This document shows, piece by piece, positions 48,051 through 59,570 of a stretch of DNA of 64,000 nt. The stretch lies in NCBI RefSeq assembly GCF_030384885.1, contig NZ_CP128613.1; one strand, 5' to 3'. The stretch comes from Escherichia coli (GTDB taxonomy: Bacteria > Pseudomonadota > Gammaproteobacteria > Enterobacterales > Enterobacteriaceae). Each line of letters opens with the position of its first letter. The first letter of the stretch is position 1. The notes under the pieces are model-generated. The model was given only the letters and a program-made list of their open reading frames with translations. It was not told the DNA's origin and made no database searches. A program made the position numbers and the translations under genes.

Positions 48051-49349
48051 ATGACTGAAAGTACTGTAACGGCAGACAGCAAACTGACAAGTAGTGATAC
48101 TCGTCGCCGCATCTGGGCAATTGTGGGGGCCTCTTCAGGTAATTTGGTCGAGTGGTTCGATTTCTATGTCTACTCGTTCTGTTCACTCTACTTCGCCCAC
48201 ATCTTCTTCCCTTCCGGGAACACGACGACTCAACTACTGCAAACAGCAGGTGTTTTTGCTGCGGGATTTCTGATGCGCCCAATAGGCGGTTGGCTATTTG
48301 GCCGGATAGCCGATAAACATGGTCGCAAAAAATCGATGCTGTTATCGGTGTGTATGATGTGTTTCGGCTCACTGGTTATCGCCTGTTTGCCAGGCTACGA
48401 AACAATCGGTACCTGGGCTCCGGCATTATTGCTTCTTGCTCGTTTATTCCAGGGATTATCCGTTGGCGGAGAATATGGCACCAGCGCCACCTATATGAGT
48501 GAAGTTGCCGTTGAAGGGCGCAAAGGTTTTTACGCATCATTTCAGTATGTGACGTTGATCGGCGGGCAACTGCTAGCTCTACTGGTTGTCGTGGTTTTAC
48601 AACACACCATGGAAGACGCTGCACTCAGAGAGTGGGGATGGCGTATTCCTTTCGCGTTAGGAGCTGTGTTAGCTGTTGTGGCGTTGTGGTTACGTCGTCA
48701 GTTAGATGAAACTTCACAACAAGAAACACGCGCTTTAAAAGAAGCTGGATCTCTAAAAGGATTATGGCGCAATCGCCGTGCATTCATCATGGTTCTCGGT
48801 TTTACCGCTGCGGGCTCCCTTTGTTTCTATACCTTCACCACTTATATGCAGAAGTATCTGGTAAATACTGCGGGAATGCATGCCAACGTGGCGAGTGGCA
48901 TTATGACTGCCGCATTGTTTGTATTCATGCTTATTCAACCACTTATTGGCGCGCTGTCGGATAAGATTGGTCGTCGTACCTCAATGTTATGTTTCGGTTC
49001 TCTGGCAACCATTTTTACCGTTCCTATTCTCTCAGCATTGCAGAACGTTTCTTCGCCTTATGCCGCTTTTGGTCTAGTGATGTGCGCCCTGCTGATAGTG
49101 AGTTTTTATACTTCAATCAGTGGAATACTGAAGGCTGAAATGTTCCCGGCCCAGGTTCGCGCATTAGGTGTTGGTCTGTCGTATGCCGTCGCTAATGCGA
49201 TATTTGGTGGCTCAGCAGAGTACGTAGCGTTGTCGCTGAAATCAATAGGAATGGAAACAGCCTTCTTCTGGTATGTGACCTTGATGGCCGTGGTGGCGTT
49301 TCTGGTTTCTTTGATGCTACATCGCAAAGGGAAGGGGATGCGCCTTTAA
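48051..49349 (+). CDS. kgtP: Alpha-ketoglutarate permease (MFS)
   Basis: 432 aa, [26 protein letters not shown]. Confidence 0.9.
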   Translation: MTESTVTADSKLTSSDTRRRIWAIVGASSGNLVEWFDFYVYSFCSLYFAHIFFPSGNTTTQLLQTAGVFAAGFLMRPIGGWLFGRIADKHGRKKSMLLSVCMMCFGSLVIACLPGYETIGTWAPALLLLARLFQGLSVGGEYGTSATYMSEVAVEGRKGFYASFQYVTLIGGQLLALLVVVVLQHTMEDAALREWGWRIPFALGAVLAVVALWLRRQLDETSQQETRALKEAGSLKGLWRNRRAFIMVLGFTAAGSLCFYTFTTYMQKYLVNTAGMHANVASGIMTAALFVFMLIQPLIGALSDKIGRRTSMLCFGSLATIFTVPILSALQNVSSPYAAFGLVMCALLIVSFYTSISGILKAEMFPAQVRALGVGLSYAVANAIFGGSAEYVALSLKSIGMETAFFWYVTLMAVVAFLVSLMLHRKGKGMRL

Positions 49350-49669
49350 TTATGCGCCAACTGCCAGACGGTATAGCCAGTAGTTGCACCGGCGACATCC
49401 CAGGTAAAATCTTTCCAGCTCCAGCCGCTCCCCTCGGGGCGGCTATCCCAAAGTTCTTTTGACGCGCCCAGCCCAACAGAGAACATCAGCCCGAAAGTGG
49501 CACTGCGATCGCGACTCATTCCCTGATGCTGTGAATATTCATTTCCGGCAGCGGAAAGCATCGCCGAGGCGATAAAGTGTTGAGCTTTATCCTGCCCGCT
49601 CCAGCTATCGTTAGCCATATGGCTGCATCCAGAAAGTAACAATAGCGAACAGACAAAAAGAATACGCAA
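49346..49669 (-). CDS. yfiM: Lipoprotein YfiM
   Basis: 107 aa, lipobox LLSGCS. Confidence 0.8.
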   Translation of the reverse strand: MRILFVCSLLLLSGCSHMANDSWSGQDKAQHFIASAMLSAAGNEYSQHQGMSRDRSATFGLMFSVGLGASKELWDSRPEGSGWSWKDFTWDVAGATTGYTVWQLAHN

Positions 49670-49713
49670 AACGTGGCCTCCAAAAACAAACCCCGTACAG
49701 GACGGGGTTGTGA

Positions 49714-51072
49714 TTACAGGATGCGGCTAATTAATCGGTCGATGCGGATACGGCGCAAACGGCGAATGAGTTTACGAACCTTCACCGGATAATCGGCAAT
49801 ACTTTGCAGATCGCGATAGTGCTTAACGATGGTGGTATGCTCGCGGATCAGCTCCAGTTCTTTCTCTCGCTGTGGCGCAAGCTCCAGTTGCGGATCGTGA
49901 ATCAAAATAGCGTTTTCCAGATCCAGACGCCAGGCGCGCGGGTTCAGGTTATTGCCGGTGATCAGCATCCACTTATCATCAACCCACATCCCTTTCAGGT
50001 GATAGGTGTTGTCGTCGTCTTTCCATAACCGAACCACTAACTGGTCAGTATTGACGTAATACTGCAAACGGCTCAGGAAACGACGCAGATTGATCTCATA
50101 GAGATAAGGCAATGCGCCAATTATCTTGAAAGGTTCATCTTCCGGAATAAAGAAGTCATTCGCAGTTTTATCGCCAACAATAATTTCGACCTTTTTCCCT
50201 TCGCGCAGTAACTGGATGATATTACGCACAAGGATTGCTGGCAGGTTGAAATATGGTGTACAAATGGTTAGTTTCTGCTCGGCACAAGGCATAAGATGGA
50301 AAATGGTCTTGTTCAACAGACTCGATTTCCCCAGACCTACCAACGGCGTTACGGAAAGCTGATCGTTGTCAGCATCGCCCTGGAAATGATAAGCGGCATC
50401 ACGCAGCTCCTGGCGGAACAGACGAATATCGTTCTTGATTTCCGGGCTTTTTGGCCGATTAACATCATCCAGACGATTAACTCCGCGGCCATTCATAATA
50501 TTCTGTGTAACCCATTCAAACATAATGTCTGACATCTTACGGTTACGGATCAGATGATAACGGTCGTAGCGATATTTATCGTGCTGATGCAGGTAAACAT
50601 CGTTCAGGCTGGCACCGCTATAAAGTACGCTATCGTCGATGATAAAGCCTTTAAAGTGCAGAACACCAAGGGCCTCACGGGTATTGATTGGAACGCCATA
50701 AACTGGAACATCTACGCCCGGATTTTCCTGTGCCATGCGGCAGTACCAGTCAGCGTTAGTGTTAGATGCCGCAGCGCCAATGCGTCCACGTTGTGCACGA
50801 TGCCAGTCGACCAGCACCCGTACATCCAGTTCCGGACGCTGCCTTTTAGCCTCATACAACGCGTTCAGAATGCCTTTGCCACCGTCATCCTGTTCGAGAT
50901 ACAGGGCGACAATGCAAATGCGCTGCTTCGCGCTGGCTATTTTTTCCAGCAGCGTCTCCCGGAAGTCGGCGGGAGCGTAAAAGAAATCGACATCATCAAC
51001 TGATTGAGAAATCTTGGGTAGTTGGGCAAGGTGTTGTTGATGTTTATTACGCTTAAATTTTGACAACATCAC
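49714..51072 (-). CDS. pssA: CDP-diacylglycerol-serine O-phosphatidyltransferase
   Basis: PLD-family HKD motifs ([19 protein letters not shown]); the start may be the second Met. Confidence 0.9.
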   Translation of the reverse strand: MMLSKFKRNKHQQHLAQLPKISQSVDDVDFFYAPADFRETLLEKIASAKQRICIVALYLEQDDGGKGILNALYEAKRQRPELDVRVLVDWHRAQRGRIGAAASNTNADWYCRMAQENPGVDVPVYGVPINTREALGVLHFKGFIIDDSVLYSGASLNDVYLHQHDKYRYDRYHLIRNRKMSDIMFEWVTQNIMNGRGVNRLDDVNRPKSPEIKNDIRLFRQELRDAAYHFQGDADNDQLSVTPLVGLGKSSLLNKTIFHLMPCAEQKLTICTPYFNLPAILVRNIIQLLREGKKVEIIVGDKTANDFFIPEDEPFKIIGALPYLYEINLRRFLSRLQYYVNTDQLVVRLWKDDDNTYHLKGMWVDDKWMLITGNNLNPRAWRLDLENAILIHDPQLELAPQREKELELIREHTTIVKHYRDLQSIADYPVKVRKLIRRLRRIRIDRLISRIL

Positions 51073-51182
51073 AGTGCATTTCTTCTCTGTTCATTGAAGG
51101 GTCCTCTGTGCAATGCAGACGACATAAGCGGGCAATAATAACACCAGTCCCGATTAAGTGGTCAACATTTCCAGTACCTTAC

Positions 51183-53843
51183 TCATGATTCCTCGCGCTG
51201 GGCAAGATTTAGCGTAAGCCCAACGATCCCCTCTTCGAGCTGGATATCAACGTTAAACCCGAGCTTGCGGGCCAGCGCCACCATGCCACGATTGTTTGGC
51301 ATCGTAATACCATTCAGACGTTGCAGTCCGTGATCTCGCGTATAGGTAATCAACTTTTCCATTAAGCGTCGACCTAAGCCTAACCCTTTGAGATCCGAGC
51401 GAACCAGCACGGCAAATTCGGCATCGATGTTATCAGGATCGGAGATCGCACGCGTGACGCCGAGGATCTCTTCCGTTTGATCAATACGTCGTACCGCTAC
51501 AAACGCCATTTCCCGATCGTAGTCGATCTGCGTCATGTTGGCTAAATCTTCATGGGTAAATTCGTTGATCTCGCTAAAGTAGCGGTAATAAAGATCTTCT
51601 TTGGTGACTCGCGAAATGAATTGCTGAAGCTGTGGCTCATCTTCCGGCAAAATCGGGCGGAACAAGCAACGTTCGCCGTTTTTCAATTCTACCCATTCTT
51701 CCAGCTGATGAGGATAAGGGCGGACAGCCAGGCGACTCTCGTTATCGCCTTCAAACGGCGTGATATCCAGCGTGACATCAAGCGCGGTAAATTCATTGCC
51801 AGAAGCCAGCAAAGGATGAATATCCAGCCTCTGAATCTCCGGACAATCGACAATCAAGTTAGAAACCTGCACCAGTAACTGGCTTAATCCCGCCACATCC
51901 AGCGGGCGTAGCGCACTACGCGCACGAATCTTTTTACTTTTGATCCCCTGAATGACCAGATAACGTGCCAGGTTCATGTTCAGCGGCGGTAGTGCGACGA
52001 CGGCTTGATCTTCAGGACGCCACTTCACACCGCCTTCGCCCAGCATGATCAACGGTCCGAAAACCGGATCGTGCTCAACCACTACTCGCAACTCCTGAGC
52101 GCCAGCACGGTTAGCCATACTTTGTACCAGCAGGCCGTGGATACGCGCCTGCGGCCAGGCCATTTTTACGCGATCGAAAATAGCATTTGCGGCTTGCTGG
52201 ACTTCATTGGCTGTACGCAAGTAGAGCATGACGCCCTGAACTTCTGATTTATGTGGAATATCCGGCGAGCGTAATTTTAGTGCCACCGGATAACCAATCT
52301 GTTCGGCAATATGCACAGCCTCGGTGCTGTCAGTGGCAATCCAGGTGGGAAGTGTGTTCATGCCGTACGCTTGCAGGATAGGCTGAACTTCATGGGTATC
52401 GAGCGACGTTGCCCCTTCGACAATGGCCTGTTGCAACAGAAGATGCGCTTCTGCGGTATTAGAGGTCAGATTGCTGGGCAACGCCGGCGTTTCGCGTAGT
52501 TGCTTCTGATTACGCCGGTACTCCACCATATGCATAAAAGCGGTGATGGTTCCTTCCGGGGTGCGGTAGGTCGGCAGCCCGGCTTCGCTGAATAAACGTC
52601 GTGCCTCTTGCGAGGAGTGCTCGCCGCACCAGTTCGTCAGCAGAGAAACATACTTGCTGCGGGGATGATGCTTTACCGCTTCAATTAATGCATGTGCGCT
52701 TTCTGTTGCGGGAGCAGCGGCGCTGGGCGAATGAATAACCATCAGCGCATCAAAATCCTGACTGTGGAGCAGAATATCCAGCGTTTTAATATAATGCTCA
52801 CTACTGGCGTCATCACGAAGATCGAGCGGGTTAGAGATTGCCACATGTTCTGGCAGTGCATCGCGCAATTTCTGGCAGGTTTCTTCACTGAGCGTAGCCA
52901 GCTTGCCATTGCGTGACCATAAGGCATCCAGCGCCAGTGCGGCAGGTGCTGCACCGTTGCTGATAATCATCAGCCGCTCTCCACGTAGCGGGCGCATATG
53001 GCTAAGGGTTTCGACTGCCGAAAACAGCTCGTGGGTATCCTGTACTCGCAACAAACCGGCGCGCTGAATAGCTGCATCCCAGGCAGGATCCATTCCTGCA
53101 GTGGTGTTCAGTAGTCGTTGCGCAGCCGGGCTGCGTCCACTTTTAATCACCAGAATAGGTTTATTACGTGAGGCGCTACGTGCAGCCGAAACAAAACGTC
53201 GCGCATCACTTAATTGTTCGAGGTAGAGCAGGATTGCACTGGTTTTGCTGTCGCGCGCCAGATAATCGAGCAATTCATCAACGTCGATATCCAGGCTGTC
53301 GCCGAGAGCAATAAAGTAGGAAAAGCCCATTTCCCGCTGTTGTGCCCAGTCGAGGATGGTATTGGAGACGGCGGCAGACTGCGAAATAAACGCCAGTTTG
53401 CCGCGTTTAATCGGTACAGGCGAAAAGCTGGCATTCAGGCCTTGCCAGGGGGCCAGTAATCCCAGACTGTTTGGCCCCAGCAGACGCATGTTATGGCGCA
53501 GGGCACAGGCACGGAGATCTTCGTGCTGCGATGCCGGGGCGGAAAGAATAATGCAGGTTTTACAGCCTTTCTCGCCGAGCTCTTCCAGAAGAGCAAGATT
53601 GCGGCTGGCATTGGTACATAAAACCGCAAGATCGGGTGTAAAGGGCAGGCTGGCAATATCCGGCCAGGCCAACACACCCAACACCGCTTTCCAGGCAGGC
53701 GTCACCGGGAGTACCGGCCCGTTAAATCCCCCCGCCAGCAGGTTACGCATCATCAGATAACCTGCGCGATTGGGTTTCATCGATGCGCCAATTACCGCAA
53801 TCGATTTTGGTCGCAGTAATGCTTCCAGTCCTCGCTGACTCAT
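51183..53843 (-). CDS. patZ: Protein lysine acetyltransferase PatZ/Pka (YfiQ)
   Basis: 886 aa, NDP-forming acyl-CoA synthetase-like N-terminal region plus C-terminal GNAT domain. Confidence 0.9.
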   Translation of the reverse strand: MSQRGLEALLRPKSIAVIGASMKPNRAGYLMMRNLLAGGFNGPVLPVTPAWKAVLGVLAWPDIASLPFTPDLAVLCTNASRNLALLEELGEKGCKTCIILSAPASQHEDLRACALRHNMRLLGPNSLGLLAPWQGLNASFSPVPIKRGKLAFISQSAAVSNTILDWAQQREMGFSYFIALGDSLDIDVDELLDYLARDSKTSAILLYLEQLSDARRFVSAARSASRNKPILVIKSGRSPAAQRLLNTTAGMDPAWDAAIQRAGLLRVQDTHELFSAVETLSHMRPLRGERLMIISNGAAPAALALDALWSRNGKLATLSEETCQKLRDALPEHVAISNPLDLRDDASSEHYIKTLDILLHSQDFDALMVIHSPSAAAPATESAHALIEAVKHHPRSKYVSLLTNWCGEHSSQEARRLFSEAGLPTYRTPEGTITAFMHMVEYRRNQKQLRETPALPSNLTSNTAEAHLLLQQAIVEGATSLDTHEVQPILQAYGMNTLPTWIATDSTEAVHIAEQIGYPVALKLRSPDIPHKSEVQGVMLYLRTANEVQQAANAIFDRVKMAWPQARIHGLLVQSMANRAGAQELRVVVEHDPVFGPLIMLGEGGVKWRPEDQAVVALPPLNMNLARYLVIQGIKSKKIRARSALRPLDVAGLSQLLVQVSNLIVDCPEIQRLDIHPLLASGNEFTALDVTLDITPFEGDNESRLAVRPYPHQLEEWVELKNGERCLFRPILPEDEPQLQQFISRVTKEDLYYRYFSEINEFTHEDLANMTQIDYDREMAFVAVRRIDQTEEILGVTRAISDPDNIDAEFAVLVRSDLKGLGLGRRLMEKLITYTRDHGLQRLNGITMPNNRGMVALARKLGFNVDIQLEEGIVGLTLNLAQREES

Positions 53844-53874
53844 ATCGGTCTCCCGCAGAAGTGACCGAATGATT

Positions 53875-54573
53875 TTAAACGCTTTCTAACTGTTCTGCTG
53901 TGATGCTACCCAGATGTTGCGTTTTTCCTGCCAGATAGCGTGTTTTAAAGCGGGTGAAATGCTCGCCTAGACCTGCCGCCGCTCCGGTATCGCCGGCCAT
54001 ATCTAACAGTGCGATGGCAACTTCGGCAGTGCAGTATTGGCCTTCAGCCTGGGCTTCACGCAGGCGATAGGCAGATAGCCGGGAAAGATCGACGGAAATG
54101 ACGGGAAGATTATCCAGATACGGACTTTTACGAAACATCTTGCGAGCTTCCGGCCAGGTACCATCGAGCATGATAAATAGCGGAGGCTTACCGGCAGGTG
54201 GTGTGAAGATCACTTCCCGTTGCTCATCAGCATACGAGGCGGGAAAGACCACCATTGGCTGATAGTCCGGGTTTTGTACCAGAGCTAGCAAATCCTGCGA
54301 GGGTTCGGTACGGGACCATTGAAACGCGACGGTATTTGGCAAGATATCGGCAATCAGACGCCCGGTGTTACTGGGCTTCATTGGCTCGGTGTCGAACATC
54401 AGCAAACAAAAGCGACTTTTAGCTTCCGCTGGAGTAATTGTCGAACAGAGACATAATTTCTCTGGCAAAAGACAGCGTTGGCAGCGACGAACGCGATTAC
54501 CGCGGGCAAGAAAAGGACGTGTTGCGCGCGCAATACGCTCGGCGCGTAACTGGAGAACAGCGTTTTCGGTCAT
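53875..54573 (-). CDS. yfiP: DTW-domain tRNA-modifying protein YfiP (TapT)
   Basis: Cys cluster CQRCLLPEKLCLC and DGTW motif; start set at MTENAVLQL. Confidence 0.8.
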   Translation of the reverse strand: MTENAVLQLRAERIARATRPFLARGNRVRRCQRCLLPEKLCLCSTITPAEAKSRFCLLMFDTEPMKPSNTGRLIADILPNTVAFQWSRTEPSQDLLALVQNPDYQPMVVFPASYADEQREVIFTPPAGKPPLFIMLDGTWPEARKMFRKSPYLDNLPVISVDLSRLSAYRLREAQAEGQYCTAEVAIALLDMAGDTGAAAGLGEHFTRFKTRYLAGKTQHLGSITAEQLESV

Positions 54574-54641
54574 AAGAGAGCGTCGAAAAAACGCCATTGT
54601 CGCAGAGGAGAAAACGGGGCACAAGATGCACCCCGACAAGA

Positions 54642-55061
54642 TTAAAGCGATTCGTTCAGCCAGCTATCGAAAGGTGCTTTTGGTACTGCGCCATTAAGCA
54701 TGTCGACAACCTGACCGTTTTTGAAAATCATGATTGTCGGAATGCTACGAATACCAAAGCGGCTGCTTAATTCACGTTCAGCTTCGGTATTCACTTTCAC
54801 AAAGCGCACTTTACCGCTACGCTCTTGCGCAACATCTTCAAAAATTGGTGCGAAATTACGGCAGGGGCCGCACCACGGCGCCCAGAAGTCGATCACCACA
54901 GGCAGATCATCTTTCAGCAATTTGTCGAGCGTTTCACCGGTCGCATTAATCACCTCTCCGTCAAACAAGTCGTGACCGCAGCGTCCGCATTTTGCCGCAT
55001 CTTCGATCCGATCGTCGGGAATGCGATTGATGGCCTGACAATGGGTACAAACGGTATTCAT
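54642..55061 (-). CDS. trxC: Thioredoxin 2
   Basis: 139 aa, N-terminal zinc-finger CxxC pairs plus WCGPC active site. Confidence 0.95.
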
Positions 55062-55267
55062 AACTAACCTCGGGATGAGTAAGGAGACTTATCGGCAACG
55101 ACGCCGGTATGTTTCTAATATGTTACATATTATCGGGGACATTGTTCCAGACAACAATCTGTTTTATTCAATAGGTATGATAGTCGCAGGCTTTGGTACG
55201 AAATCATGGCGAACCGCGCGCACTTCGGGTAATCTGCGCGCTTCGCGCAGCGCTGGTGGAGAAAAGC

Positions 55268-56305
55268 ATGAACGATGAGATGAAAGGTAAAAGCGGCAAG
55301 GTCAAAGTGATGTATGTCCGCAGTGATGATGATTCTGATAAACGTACCCATAACCCGCGTACCGGGAAAGGGGGCGGGCGTCCAGGAAAATCTCGTGCCG
55401 ACGGTGGCCGTCGCCCCGCCCGCGATGACAAACAAAGTCAGCCCCGTGACCGCAAGTGGGAAGAGTCTCCGTGGCGCACGGTTTCCCGCGCGCCGGGTGA
55501 TGAGACGCCGGAAAAGGCCGATCACGGTGGCATCAGTGGTAAAAGTTTTATTGATCCGGAAGTGTTGCGTCGTCAGCGTGCGGAAGAAACCCGCGTCTAC
55601 GGCGAAAACGCCTGTCAGGCACTGTTCCAGAGCCGCCCCGAAGCGATTGTTCGCGCCTGGTTTATTCAGAGCGTAACGCCACGTTTTAAAGAAGCATTGC
55701 GCTGGATGGCGGCAAACCGCAAAGCGTATCATGTGGTGGATGAAGCGGAACTGACCAAAGCGTCAGGCACGGAACATCACGGCGGCGTTTGCTTCCTGAT
55801 CAAAAAGCGTAACGGTACAACCGTGCAGCAGTGGGTAAGTCAGGCAGGTGCGCAGGATTGTGTACTGGCACTGGAAAACGAATCTAACCCGCATAACCTG
55901 GGTGGCATGATGCGCAGTTGCGCGCACTTCGGCGTGAAAGGCGTTGTGGTGCAGGATGCGGCGTTGCTGGAATCCGGTGCGGCTATCCGTACCGCAGAAG
56001 GCGGTGCAGAGCATGTTCAGCCGATTACTGGCGACAACATTGTTAACGTGCTGGATGACTTCCGCCAGGCGGGTTACACCGTAGTGACCACCTCCAGCGA
56101 GCAGGGTAAACCGCTGTTCAAAACCAGTCTGCCAGAGAAAATGGTGCTAGTGCTGGGTCAGGAATATGAAGGGTTACCGGATGCCGCACGCGATCCGAAC
56201 GATTTGCGCGTGAAGATTGACGGAACTGGCAATGTTGCCGGGCTGAATATCTCTGTTGCAACCGGCGTTTTGCTTGGCGAATGGTGGCGTCAGAACAAAG
56301 CCTGA
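55268..56305 (+). CDS. yfiF: SpoU-family rRNA methyltransferase YfiF
   Basis: Start at [10 protein letters not shown]; basic N-terminal region, SpoU MTase C-terminal domain. Confidence 0.85.
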   Translation: MNDEMKGKSGKVKVMYVRSDDDSDKRTHNPRTGKGGGRPGKSRADGGRRPARDDKQSQPRDRKWEESPWRTVSRAPGDETPEKADHGGISGKSFIDPEVLRRQRAEETRVYGENACQALFQSRPEAIVRAWFIQSVTPRFKEALRWMAANRKAYHVVDEAELTKASGTEHHGGVCFLIKKRNGTTVQQWVSQAGAQDCVLALENESNPHNLGGMMRSCAHFGVKGVVVQDAALLESGAAIRTAEGGAEHVQPITGDNIVNVLDDFRQAGYTVVTTSSEQGKPLFKTSLPEKMVLVLGQEYEGLPDAARDPNDLRVKIDGTGNVAGLNISVATGVLLGEWWRQNKA

Positions 56306-56352
56306 TAAATCAGCCGGGTGGCAATTCTGCCATCCGGCGTTTTCCCTCAAAT

Positions 56353-57042
56353 TTACTCACTCTCTGCCGGTAATACTGGCATCCAGTCAATCGGTTTCTC
56401 GCCACGTTGTTCCAGCCACTGATTTGCCAGCACAAAATGATTGCAGCCAAAGAATCCACGATGTGCAGAAAGCGGCGATGGATGCGGCGCTTTCAGTACG
56501 TGGTGGCGTTGCTTATCTATAATCGCCCCTTTCTTTTGCGCATGTGATCCCCACAACAAAAACACCACGCCTTCGCGGTGCTGGTTAATCAGGCTGATGA
56601 CTTTGTCGGTGAAGGTCTCCCAACCGAGGCTGGCGTGGGAATGCGCCTGACCTGCGCGAACCGTCAAGACGGTATTGAGCAGCAGAACGCCCTGACGCGC
56701 CCAGCTTTCAAGATAACCATGATTAGGGCGGGTGAAGCCGGGAATAGTATTTTCGAGCTCTTTATACATATTCAGCAGTGACGGCGGTGTCGCAATGCCG
56801 GGGCGAACGGAAAATGCCAGACCATGCGCCTGTCCCGGTCCGTGATAAGGATCCTGACCGAGGATCACCACTTTAACGTCACCCAACTCTGTAAAGCGGA
56901 AGGCGTTAAAGACATCTTTTTGTGGTGGATAGATAGTGACGCCGGACTGCCGCTCGCTGGCGAGGGTCTGAAGGGTATTAAGAAAATAGGGTTGCTGCTT
57001 TTCTTCAGCCAGCACATCATGCCAGGTTAATTCGTTAGCCAT
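56353..57042 (-). CDS. ung: Uracil-DNA glycosylase
   Basis: 229 aa, [33 protein letters not shown]. Confidence 0.95.
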   Translation of the reverse strand: MANELTWHDVLAEEKQQPYFLNTLQTLASERQSGVTIYPPQKDVFNAFRFTELGDVKVVILGQDPYHGPGQAHGLAFSVRPGIATPPSLLNMYKELENTIPGFTRPNHGYLESWARQGVLLLNTVLTVRAGQAHSHASLGWETFTDKVISLINQHREGVVFLLWGSHAQKKGAIIDKQRHHVLKAPHPSPLSAHRGFFGCNHFVLANQWLEQRGEKPIDWMPVLPAESE

Positions 57043-57346
57043 CTCGCTCTCCTGCGAATCTTCAATCCGCCTAGCTTAACTGCTTCTTTCTACAGAACAA
57101 AATCATGCTCATTTTATAGACAAAAAGACATGCAAAAAAATGTAAATTGGTAAAATTTCACACCTGCATAAGTTGATGTAAAACAATAAAATCCATTTGT
57201 GACCACATTCGATATGTGGTTTTTATTGATTTAAATCAAGGAATCAAGGGTGTTTGAGGAGTATATATACACTCAAGCAACAATGGTTTTACCAATTGGC
57301 CGCGACAGGCTGAACAAATCAAATAATTTTGCCGGGGAGGCATCAC

Positions 57347-57730
57347 ATGATTACAGGTATCCAGATTACTAAAGCCGCTAATGACGATCTGCTGAACTCT
57401 TTCTGGCTGCTGGACAGCGAAAAAGGCGAAGCGCGTTGCATCGTTGCGAAAGCAGGTTTTGCAGAAGACGAAGTGGTTGCAGTAAGCAAACTGGGTGACA
57501 TTGAATACCGTGAAGTTCCAGTAGAAGTTAAACCAGAAGTTCGCGTTGAAGGTGGTCAGCACCTGAACGTAAACGTTCTGCGTCGTGAAACTCTGGAAGA
57601 TGCAGTTAAGCATCCGGAAAAATATCCGCAGCTGACCATCCGTGTATCCGGTTATGCAGTTCGCTTTAACTCTCTGACTCCGGAACAGCAGCGCGATGTT
57701 ATCGCTCGTACCTTTACTGAAAGCCTGTAA
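57347..57730 (+). CDS. grcA: Autonomous glycyl radical cofactor GrcA (YfiD)
   Basis: 127 aa from [20 protein letters not shown]; glycyl radical motif RVSGYAV. Confidence 0.95.
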
Positions 57731-57785
57731 GGTTTAAGTAGCAAGTTACTAAGCGGAAGAGGGCGACCTCTTCCGCTTTTTTTCA

Positions 57786-58373
57786 TTAACAGAAAATGCG
57801 CACCGCGCAATAGACCAGCAACAACGCCAGCACGATATTTAACTGGCGACCATACTGGCGAAACAATCGCTGAAACAGATGCCCCGCCAGCGCCCAGCAC
57901 ACATTGCCAAAGGTCCCAATCATTGCCAGCAAAACGCTGACGCCAATCACCCAGCTTAACGCCTGCGTTTGTGGCAGGACAAATGTCGACAGTGCTGTAA
58001 TGCCGTACAAAATAATTTTGACGTTCACAAACTGCAAAGCAAAGCTGGCCCAGAAGCTGATCGGTTTGGCCTGAAGTCCGTCTTCCTTGGTTGGACTGGT
58101 AGCGATTTTCCACGCCAGCCAGACAATATATGCCGCTCCTGCCCAACTCAAAAGGTGCACCGCTGCCGGGTCAATAACAGCCAGTGAAAATGAAATTCCT
58201 GCACACAGTAACATCACAATCAAAAATCCCAGACTCATCCCTGCCAGTACGCGGGTACTCTGGCGAAAGCCGTGCGTTGTGGCTGAGCTAAGGGCGAGAA
58301 TGTTGTTCGGTCCGGGCGTCAGAGCGGTAATCAGGGTGTAAGTCCAAAAAGCACTTAAAAGGGTCGGTGTCAC
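57786..58373 (-). CDS. eamB: Cysteine/O-acetylserine exporter EamB (YfiK), LysE family
   Basis: 195 aa, MTPTLLSAFWTYTLITALTPGPNN. Confidence 0.9.
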   Translation of the reverse strand: MTPTLLSAFWTYTLITALTPGPNNILALSSATTHGFRQSTRVLAGMSLGFLIVMLLCAGISFSLAVIDPAAVHLLSWAGAAYIVWLAWKIATSPTKEDGLQAKPISFWASFALQFVNVKIILYGITALSTFVLPQTQALSWVIGVSVLLAMIGTFGNVCWALAGHLFQRLFRQYGRQLNIVLALLLVYCAVRIFC

Positions 58374-58475
58374 TTGTTATCTCCTCTGTTTTGATAGACA
58401 GTACCCGACACGGAACATTTAAAAAAATGAATGTTTTTACATTCTAAATTCGATATTTTCGATAGGTTTGGGGTT

Positions 58476-59357
58476 ATGGATCTGCGCCGTTTTATTACGC
58501 TTAAAACCGTGGTGGAAGAGGGTTCCTTTTTGCGAGCTTCGCAAAAGTTATGCTGTACACAATCGACGGTGACTTTTCATATTCAGCAGCTTGAACAGGA
58601 GTTCTCAGTACAATTGTTTGAGAAAATTGGCCGACGGATGTGCCTCACTCGCGAAGGCAAAAAGTTGCTGCCGCACATCTATGAACTCACCAGAGTGATG
58701 GATACGCTTCGTGAGGCTGCCAAAAAAGAGTCGGAACCGGACGGGGAACTACGCGTTGTTTCGGGCGAAACGTTGCTCTCTTACCGAATGCCGCAGGTGT
58801 TGCAGCGTTTTCGGCAACGTGCACCAAAAGTGCGTTTATCGCTGCAGTCGCTGAACTGTTACGTGATCCGTGATGCTCTACTGAATGATGAGGCCGATGT
58901 CGGTGTTTTTTATCGCGTAGGAAATGATGATGCTCTGAATCGACGAGAATTGGGTGAACAATCGCTGGTGCTGGTGGCTTCACCGCAAATTGCAGATATC
59001 GATTTTACCCAGCCGGGAAGACATAACGCCTGTAGTTTTATTATCAACGAACCGCAATGTGTCTTCCGGCAGATATTTGAGAGCACGCTGCGCCAGCGGC
59101 GGATCACGGTGGAAAATACCATTGAGCTTATAAGTATCGAAAGCATAAAGCGTTGTGTCGCGGCGAATATCGGAGTTAGCTATCTGCCGCGTTTTGCGGT
59201 GGCAAAAGAGTTGGAGTGCGGAGAATTAATCGAATTGCCTTTTGGCGAACAGTCGCAGACCATTACGGCAATGTGCGCTCACCATGCCGGGAAAGCGGTT
59301 AGCCCGGCGATGCACACTTTTATTCAGTGTGTTGAAGAGTGTTTTTTGCCGGGATAA
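58476..59357 (+). CDS. yfiE: LysR-family transcriptional regulator YfiE
   Basis: Start at MDLRRFITLKTVVEEGSFLRASQKL (HTH). Confidence 0.85.
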   Translation: MDLRRFITLKTVVEEGSFLRASQKLCCTQSTVTFHIQQLEQEFSVQLFEKIGRRMCLTREGKKLLPHIYELTRVMDTLREAAKKESEPDGELRVVSGETLLSYRMPQVLQRFRQRAPKVRLSLQSLNCYVIRDALLNDEADVGVFYRVGNDDALNRRELGEQSLVLVASPQIADIDFTQPGRHNACSFIINEPQCVFRQIFESTLRQRRITVENTIELISIESIKRCVAANIGVSYLPRFAVAKELECGELIELPFGEQSQTITAMCAHHAGKAVSPAMHTFIQCVEECFLPG

Positions 59358-59359
59358 AA

Positions 59360-59570
59360 ATAATGCCGGGCTTAAACCCGGCACCCAACTTGTCGACGAA
59401 GTGCGTTTTGTTCATGCCGGATGCGGCGTGAACGCCTTATCCGGCCTATAAGATCGTGCAAATTCAATATATTGCATGAGCCATGTAGGCCTGATAAGCG
59501 TAGCGCATCAGGCAGTTTTGCGTTTGCCAGCACTTTTAATTCCGGGCTTAAACCCGGAATTAAGATCACT
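59360..59570. repeat. REP/BIME-type palindromic repeat cluster between yfiE and srmB
   Basis: gccggatgcggcgtgaacgccttatccggcctat and aggcctgataagcgtagcgcatcaggc units, flanked by two ccgggcttaaacccgg hairpins. Confidence 0.7.

Noticed and set aside
55130-55732. 200-aa minus-strand ORF overlapping yfiF
   Set aside because: Antisense to the conserved yfiF frame; Arg/Ala-rich translation typical of GC-rich antisense frames.
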